Both the position numbers and the translations under genes were made by a program. DNA of 64,000 nucleotides from contig NC_092674.1 of NCBI RefSeq assembly GCF_964355755.1, positions 620,001-684,000 of the forward strand, given 5' to 3'. The stretch is from Antedon mediterranea (Eukaryota > Animalia > Echinodermata). The notes below the pieces were generated by a model that searched no databases, was not told where the DNA came from, and saw only the letters and a list, made by a program, of their open reading frames with translations. Below, one piece after another: positions 40,283 to 54,000 of the stretch. Numbering within the stretch: position 1 is the stretch's first letter; each line of letters starts with the position of its first letter.

Positions 40283-43200
40283 TACATGGTTATGGTCCTA
40301 TAAGTACGTTTGATTGTTTCGCTATCACTAATGTAAACATCGATTTGAATACAATACTTGATTACAACATAGAAACATGTACATCATGCATTTTCATGGA
40401 AATCTAAAAACATGTTTCCATAGAAACGATTGCAATGATGCACCATTTTGTTTAATCTAACTAGTACAAAAACTGCTAATTTTCTAAAGCTCCCAGATGG
40501 GATAAACTTAAACGATGTGTTTCACTTCTGTGTCATTTTGAAAAGGATGAAACGAGCCCGTGGCGGTAGTACACGTTCTCATTCTGTTCTCCAATGACAC
40601 TCACAAAAATCATATTCATCTTCAGTCATTAAAGTTTCATAAAAGCGATCTATACTCGGGCTTTTAACGTCAAGCAATGCTAAAACATATTTCTTGGTAA
40701 GTAAAGCAAGAGAAGGCTTTTAAGTTGAGAATCGTAAAATTGCATGATGTAAGCGATGCTTCTTACCTGTGGCAGTCGATTAGGTAAAGTTGAAATATGA
40801 TAAGCCTGATCGTATAGAAATCACATCATACCTACAACGGTAGAAAGTAATTCAGCTCTTTACAAATCACAGTTGTCGAACAAAACCGGAAGGAAAACGA
40901 ATCATTGCCGAACAGTTCCGAAGCCAGGATAAGTCACATACCTAATAATATTCACTATTTATACCCAGGAATCAAGTAATTGACTGAAAAAGACGAATTT
41001 TCAGGTTGGACGCAGTCCAAACAAAATGATATGATAAACTCCAAGTGCCGAAGTAACTTTAATAATGGAGCCGAAAGAAAGTTCCGACAAATAAGTCGAA
41101 GAAAACTGAGTTAAATGAAAGTCACAACCCCTAGAAATGTGCATTATTATTGCAGCCGATTTAGAGGTCGGAAGCAACAGACGTATATATTATAGATAGT
41201 ACAGTAAAGAAAGCTAAATTGTGTAGCCGAAAAGGTCCGAGATACAGTTCCGAACGAAATCGAATCGTCAGAAATACAAGGGACATTGCCGAAGTTAAAT
41301 CAAAGCCGAAGCAAGTAGTAACGCGGCAAAGCAAGTTCAATATAGGACTCAAATCAAAATGTAATCAAGAAGCCGAGTCGGGAACAAATAAAACCAAAGT
41401 GTATACTAATTGTGCTAATCGAATCAGTATATCATCATTCAAAAAAACTTGTTTAATCATGCAAACGTAAATATTAATATTAATACACGGTAAACACTGT
41501 ACACAGGTAGCCTAAATATTGATTCCCACTAGAACTTAATACAAGAACGCACTACGCGACGCAATAAATGACGCACATACGCGCGCAATGCAAGTCATTG
41601 ATTGGTTAAAATATTGCGTGGCAGTGGGAGTCATGTTCAAATCCTGTAATAATGTTTTTCAAAAATTAAAAATGATTGATTGTTGAATGTTAACATTAAA
41701 ACATGAAAAGGTAAACTAAAAGCATTTCTAAACGAGAAATCAAATCGTTACATCATTAGAAAAATATTTTGTTTTATTGTTTAATGCAGTCTCGTTGAAA
41801 TAGTCGTATAAATTGCTTTACAATGGTTCTCTATCGACTAATCAACCTATACTGTATAGTGAAACAATTGTGTGCCGCTTTAACTTGCATTTTTTAAATA
41901 CATGTAATAAAAAAAAACATATATTAATTTCTATTCTCTGAGAATGGCGAGAATTACTTTTGTTCAAAATACAGAAATGGTTAAAATAGGAATGGTATTA
42001 GTGCCGAATGGGGCAAAACCGTAAATGTGGAGAATCTAAAAATAGAATACTTTTAAAGTTTAAATTAATTTCTTACAGAAAGGATTATTACTCGAAGTAA
42101 TAAGAAATATCAGGGCGGTCAATAGTCGATTGGTCAAGTAGTATTTTACAATAGGTGGTCGACATCTTGTGATTACGGACAGAGAAAATTAATTTGAGCG
42201 ACAAACTTCAGTGACATGGACTGTAAGCTTACGTATCTCATTTAGATCTAAAGCTTTTGAATTCTAACAAACGCATATAAGTAATAAAATAACCCATCAT
42301 CACTTGATAAATTGAATTTTAAGATTGAACTGTTGTTGATCTCCACTGACCATCATGCAGAAAACTTGTATCGAATTTGAGAGGGCGACATTCAAGTTGT
42401 TTGAACCCATGATGAATATCAAACATTAATAGAAAATAATACCTTGCAAATTCTCACTTAATTTTTAAGAATATAAATTTAGTGGCGGGTAATAACCATC
42501 ATTACATTATCAAGGTAGGCCTATACAACTTTAATGTTCATACAAAAATGTTTAAATCAACTGAATTTAATCGCTCTCTCGCTCCCCTGTAGAAATAACT
42601 TCAGAATTGTAAACAGCACAGAGTGAGATGAAAAAATGATGCGATGTTAAATCAATCAAACACCGCGTCAAAGCGACTTCTGTTACCTCATTAGTGAAAG
42701 TACCATTAATCAAAACTACAAACAAATTGAATTTTGCAAAATCACTTTCTTCGATATTTCCGTTAAACGCGCGTCAAATCGCAGAGCTGTTTTATCGACG
42801 CCTTTATACACAAAAGCGAACAACCTTGGCATTTTGTTGGGAAAAACGAGTATTAATAAAGTTAGATTAAAAACACAGTTCGTCCGTTGGTGCTATATCA
42901 CCGAATTTATCTAAAAGACGAAAGGTCTTGTGCCACTGGTTGTCACGTGACGGATATCAAAACGTATAGTTGACGCAGGAATTTGAAAATAATGCGCCTC
43001 ATTTTCTATTTCTGCCATCAATTTGGATATTAATGAAAATGGTGAATCATTACAGAATTGATAGTCATTTAGTAAAAATACATTTGACACATTTAATGTA
43101 TATTATATTAATCAATGTCTTCTAAAACATGTTAATGTGTTCACAATGCATTTAAAGTTGGCCGTGTTGCACGTCTAACGTTTTTAACTAGAAAACAACA

Positions 43201-44759
43201 AAACAAAAAAATATGTAATTTGTTTGCGACTAAAATAATGCATAAACACTAGCTTAATACGAGCAATGTATTTGTTTTATTTTCCAAAATAGCATAATAT
43301 TTAGATAATATTGGCTTATTTAAACATTAATGTTCACGCACTTAATCTACATTTAATCCAATCTCACACGAATAAACTTCATAAAAATAATACGGAATTA
43401 GAGAGCCAGTTTGCAAAATGAGACAGTGACGTCATAGTGACGTGATATTAGCGATTCGAATTCTAGAATCAATGGTTGTGTATTATTTTGCGAACTTAAT
43501 GCGATGTTGTGTATACTTTCATAGTAATTTTATTTACTAATCAAATATATACGGTATGTACTGAGTACCGTACCAAAGCCGGTGCATAACAACGAATTAC
43601 TGTCACACATTGTCGGTATATTAAACCATAAAACAAGAACACTGAAAGAAGAAAGTCTCCTAAAAATTAAGAAAAACCTTCTTTAATTTTCAAATGGAAG
43701 AGTGCTAAACTCAAACTAAACGCATGTATGAATGTATCCACGGCTAAGTTGGCTTCATGGACCATGGACTTTGGTATGTGGTAACAATTAATGTTGCCGT
43801 GTAAATGTCTTGAAAGTCAAAACGCACCCAAATTCAACGTCGACTTACTACAAAAACGGGAATTGAGTTTGATTTTTAGTTTTTAACTCCTTGTTGGAAT
43901 TATCAAATTGCACCACTTGACGAAACATACACTATGGAGAATCTCACTCATCTATCCAATCACAGCATCAGTTTACATATTACTAGGAAACATACACTGA
44001 TATTGTAATTAATATGAAACACAACGGGGATAAAGAAGAGTAAACGGGATATTAATATCGTTGGAAAGTGGAGTTTGAAGAGTATATAAGTACAGTTGAA
44101 CCTCTCGTAAAATGATAACTCATGGGTTAGGAAAAGTAATCGATTATGAGAGATACCGATAAAAATACACCGATTTAGTAAGTTTGGATTTCACGACGAT
44201 GATGAATTTATTCATATGTAAATTGATATACTTCAAAGAAATATCTAACAATAGACAATTTTCATTTATACACCAGCCAATAATCATATTTAAAATATAA
44301 TACGACTGGTTTATTCAACAGTTCGTAGTAATTATATAAGAATACATTACTGTCCTGTATGTTGAAAGTTGTAAATAACTCAATTCAGTACTGTATGGAA
44401 TGTACATCGATTACCATCAACATAAATATATTATACATTTACCGTATATATAATATGTATAAATAAATATGTTGAAATATTAGTCTTCATTTTTCATTTA
44501 TATGTATATACAGTATATATATATATATATCTCTCTCTCTAGTTTTAAACAAATTCAAAAGTAATATAATAAATGGAGTATAACAAATATATAACAATTT
44601 TTATCACTTTATTTATGTTTTGTATGGAAACATTAAAAGTAGAAAAAGCCAAAATCATTATTTCGATACTGTAAGTATAAAGAAATACATACATATCCTA
44701 AAATAACCAGTATCAAATATATAAAAAGTACAATACGAAATAATTAATTTAATTATAAA

Positions 44760-45034
44760 TTATTTATTAAGAAGTAGATCGTCAATACCAGAAATAAATT
44801 GTGACGTTTTATGCAAAGCATCATGTATTTCTGATTGGACTATTTTAGATGGATGGGAATGAATGCTGTTGAGTGAATGTTCAACACAAATTGCAGTTCT
44901 TCCGCCGATTTGGTCTTTCTCTCGGTACGTTTCATGATCGTTTGATCTCTTTTCATTCTCATCTGATCTGTTTTCATGTTCACTTGATCTAGTTTCTGCA
45001 GAATTCCCCTTTATATCGCTATTGTCAAGAATGT
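44760..45034 (-). CDS. C5orf34: C5orf34 last coding exon (YILDNS...IHDALHKTSQFISGIDDLLLNK*)
   Basis: ttttcctaaattcttttag|AC ATT CTT GAC, open to TAA at 44760-44762. Not in the ORF track. Confidence 0.88.
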
Positions 45035-48000
45035 CTAAAAGAATTTAGGAAAATGAAAAAAAAAATTCTTCGGAAGTCCAATAACTAATTAAGTTTCATT
45101 TTTAAAAAGCTTAGTTTTTTATTTGTTCGTGAAACTGCCAATCTAAATGATAAAACATCTTACGCCGAGTAACAGTGCGAAAACAATGACGTCAATACTA
45201 AAATTACATATTATTTCCAGATCAACACATCGGTACTAAAATAAAAGTGTCCTTTAACTAAAATGCATAGAATCCATAAATCGTACAATTATTATGGAAC
45301 GCCGTTTACGCAACATTTCGATGATATGAATTTTATGACGCGATATGTGAATGAAATGCATCGATATGAATTGAATGGCGTGATATATGAATGAAATGTT
45401 TTGAATTGAATGCTTTGAATGAAATGTTTTGAATGAAATGTTTTGAATGAAATGTTTTGAATTGAATGTTTTGAATAAAATGTTTTGAATGAAATGTTTT
45501 GAATGAAATGTTTTGAATTAAATGTTTTGAATGAAATGTTTGAATTGAATTGAAAAGTCAAACTATTGGCGGCGTATGTCATTCCCGCTCGCGATTTTTT
45601 TTCAACCTCTTAATAGGCCTAAGCATGGGTACCCTCATCTCCTTTCAACGCTGTCATCAATATGAATCCTTTACAGAGACTCCCTAACAGACCTGAAACA
45701 TTGGAATACATATTTCCGAACCCAGGTCTGTTAGGATTCTCTGTAAAGGCAGCGTGGAAGAAAGGAGATGAGGGTACCCAGGCTTAGGCCTAAGAGGTTG
45801 AGAAAATAATCGCGAGCGAAAATGACATACGCCACCAATAGTTTGACTTTTCAATTCAATTCAAACATTTCATTCAAAACATTTCATTCAAAACATTTCA
45901 TTTAAAACATTTCATTCAAAACATTTCATTCAAAACATTTCATTCAAAACATTTCATTCAAAACATTTCATTCAAAACATTTCATTCAAAACATTTCATT
46001 CAAAATATTCAATTCAAAGCATTCAATTCAAAACATTTCATTCATATATCGCACCATTTAATTCATATCGATGCATTTCATTCACATATCGCGTCATAAA
46101 ATTCATATCATCGAAATGTTGCGTAAACGGCGTTCCATAAATTATTGCTTTCTTTCCAAAACTAAAGCGGAATTTCGAAAGAATATTTAACATAAATTTT
46201 TCCTAGAATTCTACTAACGAAGACTACATAACTTCAGAAAATCTGATTTTCAATAGCAAAAGCCAAACCACAACTTCTAAAAATAAAGTTATTTTAAGTT
46301 TTTAAGTCCAAAAGAGGGCTTTGAACTTCCTTTTATAAAGCATCAAAACATTTGACAATTTCTTGGACAGACTGCGTGTGACGTAGCCACTCGGATACAT
46401 CGACAAAGGGATTTATCAGCAAAACAATGCTTGAAATAAAATCATGTGGCATTTCTGCAGCAGTGGATCAAGCAGTGTGTGTACTTTAATTCAAATGTGA
46501 TCCTTCTCATCTACCCAAGGGTGGAAAAGTGACATCTCGCCTCATCTCTATTACAACACAGCAAATAAGTACAACTTGTTCAAGAATCCTCAGTTCATCA
46601 CGTTTCTTCCATTTATTTACGTCATCAGAAATAATAATAAAATATCAACGATAATAATTTAAAATTATAGCGTAACTTTAATATCGCCGCATTTTCTGCT
46701 ATTTTTGACTGAACAAATTGTGTTAATCTGAGAAGGTTGCCGAATTAGATCAGACAACGATAAAGTAAGTTTTCCTAAATATGGACTAAAATGTACTACC
46801 CAGTACAATCACATAACTGATAACATAAGCTGTGTCCTCATTCATTCAGGTCAAATGTCATATTAGATAATGATACTCATTCTATCCATTTGAGAAAAGA
46901 TAATGATTATGCGACTATTTACGAATAATTCATTATAACAAAATATTTTTAAAACTGGCATATAATTAACCCACAAAGAAATAATTACTAAAGTATACAT
47001 CTATGCAAGAGACTACGTGACTGATAAACAATATCTTGAAAAAATATATTGACTCAATTGAATTTTAGTTGAAATGTCTAACATGTGGGCAACCACGACT
47101 TCTGTACTAATGTCTAACATGTGGGCAACCACGACTTCTGTACCAATGTCTAACATGTGGGCAACCACGACTTCTGTACTAATGTCTAACATGTGGGCAA
47201 CCACGACTTCTGTACTAATGTCTAACATGTGGGCAAGCACGACTTCTGTACTAATGTCTAACATGTGGGCAACCACGACTTCTGTACTAATGTCTAACAT
47301 GTGGGCAAGCACGACTTCTGTACTAATGTCTAACATGTGGGCAAGCACGACTTCTGTACTAATGTCTAACATGTGGGCAAGCACGACTTCTGTACTAATG
47401 TCTAACATGTGGGCAACCACGACTTCTGTACTAATGTCTAACATGTGGGCAACCACGACTTCTGTACCAATGTCTAACATGTGGGCAACCACGACTTCTT
47501 TACTAATGTCTAACATGTGGGCAACCACGACTTCTAATCTGTAAAGGTTGCTGGCACAAATTACAAACTAAGATAAATTCAAACATGCTTTCGAAAAATT
47601 GTGAAATTTTGCACCCACAATTTCCCTACGAATCTGTAAGTGCTTTTAAAACAAGGAAAAGGTGAACCAAATTCAACCATGTTCTACGTTCTACTTTTTA
47701 TCTTGATGTATTTTTTATGAGACAATTGGATTATCATGATATTATAATATTGCTTCTAATAGCGTGTCGTCGCAACATTGCATATAATGTATACATTCTG
47801 TATCACGTCTAGCACATTAATCTAACCATGTCTACTAAAGTCACTTTGCGAGTCGGTGAGATACAATTAAAAACAAATTAATGATAAACAAAATATTATA
47901 TTATATGATAAATTGAATCAAATTACATTTAAAGGGCAGAAGTATCTGTTAATTTGAAATTATGGGATCACAAGTAATTAAGAAACCCATTCAACACAAT

Positions 48001-51000
48001 TTGTATTCAAAAATTAAACAAAATGTCAATTCGTTGTATGATGACCGATGTGTGTACAGTATATAAACATCGGTTTCAACGATAATGACGTCACAGCATC
48101 TCTTCAAAGGCACCGGTTCGTGCGTAGCAACTGTCATAAGCCTATTTTGAAATACATTTCTGAATTTCATCCATTTCTATCAATGTTTTATGTTGTACGG
48201 TGCGTTGCGCAGATAGCCCAATTCGTCATGGTGATTGGATCTAGATTTGAAACTTATAATTTAATCAAAATGCAAAAGTGGTGTAAGTTTGCAAATAACA
48301 GTGATAGGCCTATCACCTATAAATGGACCTATTAATCAGTAATTTAATGTATAAGTCCATGACCTATCTAACCATTATATTCTTAAAATGAACATTTAAA
48401 AACTAAAATTGGTGGAATTATTCCTATATATTTGTTTTAACAGGTCTGTATTTTGATTAATAATTTAATATACTAAAATATTTGACATTTGTTGAAACTT
48501 AATTATTGAAAATATGATACCAAGTTCTAAGTTGAGTTAATGTCAATTAGACATCCAAGACAATAATTAGTCTGGAGATAAAATGTTAAATTAACGTGAC
48601 GAAGAAAGATAAAACGTATACGCATGAGCGACAAGTATTTGCAACGAATTGATATCTTTACAAAATTGATTAGATATCCAATGACATGATGATAAAAGCA
48701 GTTAAGGTTATATGTATACCCACTAGCTAATGCTATTATAAGATCGAATGTATATCAATCACAACAGAGGAATTGGAGTATGCAATTAAACATGTTTCTA
48801 GTACTTAAGCTTGTGTTGGTAAACTAACTAAATTATACTACAAGTTACAAATTCCAGGTGAAATGCTGCAAACATATCTTTGTTTGGATATGCAAAGTCT
48901 TCAATCTCACCTGGAGGTGAACATGAACACCTGACTCAGAATAAGCTAAGGATATAGGCTAGGAAGAGACAGACTAAATACTAAAACTATACAATCAACT
49001 AAAACAATATTAAGTGCGTGAATGGCTTATGGGAAAGCAAGACGAAAACCAGTAGTTGAGTTTTTGGAGGGCATATTAATGGAGCAAACAAATGAAAAGA
49101 TAATTACCTGCCGTCAGATGACTTAGCAACCGTGCTCACTGCTTTGGCGAATTGCTTTCCACTTATCATAACGGTTTGTAAATTAGATTTTATTTTCAAT
49201 GACATTGCAGAATAAAGGTGCACCGCAATAATAGTACTAATTGCATTTTATTCATAGCAAAAATATTGAATCTTTAATAACATAGAAATCAGAACACAAA
49301 ACAATGAGTGTTAAAGGATACAGTTGAAGCACTTTAATTTCTTCAGTTCCGTTTGTACCAATCTGTAAGAGAATTTTGAAAAAATCATTTCAGAAAAAAA
49401 CATGTTGTAAAAAACATTTAGTAGGTCGCTGTGAACTTGAAAAGTGTAAAAATGTATTTTTATTTATTTTATTCCTGCTGAACGATTAAAAACCTCCACT
49501 AACCTGTCATAAAATAAAATATTTATTCCAAATTGAAAATTATGCACATAATAAAAACACAATAAAATCTATTAAGAAAAAACAAAACTTGTTCAGAAGT
49601 CTTCACTAACAACAGAATATCATTTGAGAAGTCATTATTTTGCATCAGGATTGGGGATTTCACTGTGATAATGATTTTATTTAGACAGAATTTACCTTTT
49701 AGAAAGTCGACACAAATCCTTTGATACATTGATAACAAATGAGAATTTTTATAAGATGACAAAATGAAATCAAATCTTCTATCACTGACAGCTGAATAAT
49801 AATAAGTGATCAAAAGTAAATAAATGGAAAGATTACATGGAAGTGAACTAATCCATAGATTGTTATTACAAGAATCTAAATACTTGGGCATTTCAATTGA
49901 TTGTCATTATTCCAAAAGCTTTACGTACATTCAAACGGTTTGCAGTTTAAAATATAAACAAATACAACTATTATAGTTAAGGCTGCGTCAGAATATCCAC
50001 TTGCAGAACATGCTTGCCAGATGGCGTGGATATATTGCAGGAAATAAGAATCACGTCTCTGCAATCTTGCTGTTTGTGTCTTGCACTCCAAGTTACAAAC
50101 AATCAAACTACAGCTATACATCTTTATTCATGCCAAGTTAAAAATATTGCATGAAGAACAACATCATCTTATGTACATCTCATACACAGGTGTATTTGAT
50201 CTAAATATTCAGGTTCCATTTTGCTCTGTCTAAACTATCAAAATAGTTAGTGTGATGTGCCCAAATATGGTAGTGATATGCCTAAAGATATGGGCAAATC
50301 ACATTTCTTGTTACATAAAGTTTGATAGTGTAGCCTGAGCTTTAGTTCACTAGAATCTTTAAAACGAACAAAAGTAGCAAGAGAATAGAATTCCGCATCT
50401 GTGTTGGTATAAATCATATTTATAATTATTTTTAACTGATGATCGCAACACATAATTTCACATACTTTGCCAGTAACTCCAGATGATGGTTGAAGTGTAT
50501 CAACCGAAATTTTAAGTTTTGTGAAATTGTGTGTTGAGACCAATATATATCAAATACAAAAACAGGCTAGCATAATTGCCAAAACATCTTAAATTGTTGA
50601 AAACAGTCATAACAGTATTTAAGAAAGGAAACTTAGTTACATTTTGCAAACTTATGTAAGAAAACCAACTCTGATCACATGATGAATTGCCATTCAAGTG
50701 AACTGATTTAAATTAACGACAGAAAGGAAAGAAGTTGCCAATACAAGAAGCAAAATCAATTGATTACAAGAAACATTGAGGAATCACCTGATTACAGGTA
50801 CTTGACAAGATGGCACTCAACATTTCACCATTTTTCTATTGAAGATAGAGGGCACTGTCTCATATCTTAATAATCTATCTATTATCTATCTATATCTCAA
50901 TTTATTCAAAGGGAAATAAAAATTTCTGTTTACTCAAATTGCAAATAATCCATCATTGATCAAATAGTAGTAGGAGTCATTTAAACCAATATTGTAAAGA

Positions 51001-54000
51001 AAACAAAGAAATGGATGGTTATTTGCAGAAACCCATAAGATGGATAGAGATGCATCATCTGGTCTCTAAACGCTGCTCCAACAAATCTACATTTGGAAGA
51101 ATATGGAAGTTGATGCTTAATATCATATTTTACATAGTTTATGGTCAAACCTTTATGTCTCTATACAGTAAATGTATGGAATATAAATATCATGTCAAGG
51201 TCAAGACAAGTTCAACTGAGTTTTCTTTTGAGGATAATTAATTTTATTGTATTGTAGAGACGTACTGTTTTATTGAAAAGCAATATATTTGAAATTGCAA
51301 AAAAAAAAAAAATCGGATATTTGCAATCCTTGCGCAAAATTTCCCATTAAAGATCAATTTTTTTACAAAAGCACATCGACGGTAAAATTAATACAATCAA
51401 GAATAACAAAGAAATGTATTGCAGAAGTTATGGAATTATACAATTGTGTTAGAATGTAAAGTGGGCGCTTATAAACCAGTGCATGAACAATGGGTCATTT
51501 AAGTACTTCAATTGCATACTTAAAACCCAACTGCTCATAAAAACAATCTGGTTGCATTTTAAATCCATTAGGGTTGATGAAATTTTAAATTTAATGTATA
51601 AATACATATGTATAAACTGGTGGGATTGAATTTTTCTTAAACTTTCATTGGTAAAAATGTTCGGGTTCAGTTTTTTTTATTTTTATGGGTAAATAATTAA
51701 AAATGAAAAAAAACAATTTAAGTTCCACCTTCACTGATATAAAATTACAGTATTTCAAGTTATCAGCACACATCTATTAGTTTCTTCTTTCTTAGTTCTA
51801 GTATATTATGAATCAAATATATTGTATGTTATCAGTGTTTAGAGTTTTACATATTGTAAACAGGAATGGTTTGAGTAGAGTATTTTTAGTGAACTTGGCT
51901 TGCCATACAGAGGTACTCACAGGAATCTTTTTTGAACAATTAAAGATTGCATAAATAAGAAAAACAATGTAAAACAAAGAATATGGCATAAACAACAAAC
52001 CCACAATAAATGAAAATAAAATGGTACCATAAATGTGTAAATGATAATGAAATGATGTTATATTACTGGTACTATTGAGGAGGAAAGACAGAGGTGAGAA
52101 TAATAGATAGATGATATCAGAAAATGGAAGAAGGCACATACAGCTCAATTAAAGTCTAAAGCTTTCATTCAAATTTATCAATCAATAAATGCTAAATAAC
52201 TGTGTACAAATTAAGATAATTAAGTATATTTTTTATCGTAGATCTTCTTCAAAGTGGCAGTTTAAAATCTGCATAATGAAATGTCCTCTGGGTGGAGTCA
52301 TTGAACCCTCGAACTCACACATACAGACTTCAGATCTGGATAACTAGATCAGAAGATAAACAGTAGTAATGTACAAGTGGTTTTTTTTAAAGTAAATCCA
52401 GTATTATTGGTTAAATGGGCACTTTAACCCCGATAAAATGAGTTTGAATTTAAAAAGGTTTATAAGGATTCTTGAAATAATTACAATATCTTTACTGATT
52501 ACTGACATTTAGTTCCTTAATCCAAGTGAAGTGGACATTATTCCAACGTTAATCTAACAACACAGTATAACCTCTATTAACAGGACATTTTGAGGACTCA
52601 CCAAAGTGTCCACTGAATAGCGGTGTCCATATGCGTAATCGCTTATATCAATTTCAACGAAATTAAAGAAAATGTAAAAGACAGACACCCACCTTCAAAT
52701 ACTTCTACCCAACCTAATGTGAATTTGAATTTCTCCCACACAAACCTAATTTTAACTCATGTTAGGTACTTCACTGTGGATGCCAATGGGCCTAATTCAA
52801 ATTTCCAATTAGACTGAGAAATATTAATAATACATATATGTGGAAGACATAAACCAGATCAGGTAGATTTTATACATAGAGCAGAATAAAAGAAAATAGC
52901 CATAAATTCTGCATACTTTTTTAACAACAACTTATTCATTTTTCTGTTAATAACCTTGTCATACTAAATATCATGAAATATGCCATTAATAAAAGGTGTA
53001 CAGTACTTTGAAATATTCAACAACTATTAATTTATGAAAAAATATCACAATAAAAAAAATAACAGTATTGTTTAACTACTCATAGCACCTTGGTAACAAC
53101 TGATGCTTGTATCAGTCATTTCAAGGTATGGTTTTATAATATAATTTATTGCATAGTTTTATTAGGTCATACTAATTACTAGCATTTATTTCAAAACTGC
53201 TGAGTGCTTTACTATTGTATTTACTTTTTGTAAAACTTTTAATTGCAAATCATTACAAAATATGTAATACTTGTATAATGGTTATGATTTAGCATTTATT
53301 TGAAGTGAATTATAATTAAACATAGCCTACTTCAGCTATCAAACATTGCTCAGGATAATCAGAAAATATGAAATAATGTAAATTACATAAAAGTACAAAA
53401 AAAGCAATCGGAACCACAACAAAAAAATGAAACTGTATGATATTCCAGTCATGCTATCCAGTAAGTCTGTTTTTACCAAACACCATTGCAACTCACAGCT
53501 TTGGTAGCTGGTAGAATGCTCTCAATATCAAACATTGGACTGCAACCACCTGTCGCAGCCACAGGCGGTGTATTCATTGTATGTACTTATAGATTACTAC
53601 CCCAATAAAAAGCATATAACAAGGAACATCTTAGTTATAGCAAATTCGCTGCTGTCAAATAATAGAATTAATAACAAAACAAAATTAATTAAAAAAAGTA
53701 GAAATATTCTTCCATATGAAATTCTTCAACAAGTATCTTGTCAATAAGAATATAGTAGAGCAGGTGGTACGCCGACTGTAAAACATGTAAAATCTGCTAC
53801 GCTCCTGAGGGAGGTTAAAAACGCCATTAACTTCTGAATGGATCGCAATGCGCAGCTGAGATAAAATACAACAATGAGCACTGTCCATAAAGGGGATTAA
53901 CATCACGATCCCAAGATCCGTTGCCACATTAAGTGTACGTAACAACGAGAGGAAAACCAGCTTATTAAGGATTAACGCAAGATCTCGAGATGAACAGATT

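Larger units (their letters stand above)
45035..49321 (-). other. U12-type (minor spliceosome) GT-AG intron
   Basis: 5' site GTATCCTTT is the exact U12 consensus. Branch-like TTCCTAAAT lies about 9 nt before the AG, with only a very short pyrimidine tract. Confidence 0.85.

Noticed and set aside
47074-47544. 36-bp repeats as a CRISPR array or a plus-strand repeat protein
   Set aside because: The units are contiguous with no unique spacers, the context is a eukaryotic intron, and there are no cas genes. The ORF follows from a unit length divisible by 3.
48853-48920. Hairpin TCCAGGTGA...TCACCTGGA as a miRNA precursor, or a 20-nt exon
   Set aside because: The stem has large internal loops and matches no miRNA I recognise. 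The C5orf34 model is complete without this exon.
49107-49201. Short open frame with a donor just inside the U12 intron
   Set aside because: No acceptor, no homology, and not needed for frame continuity.
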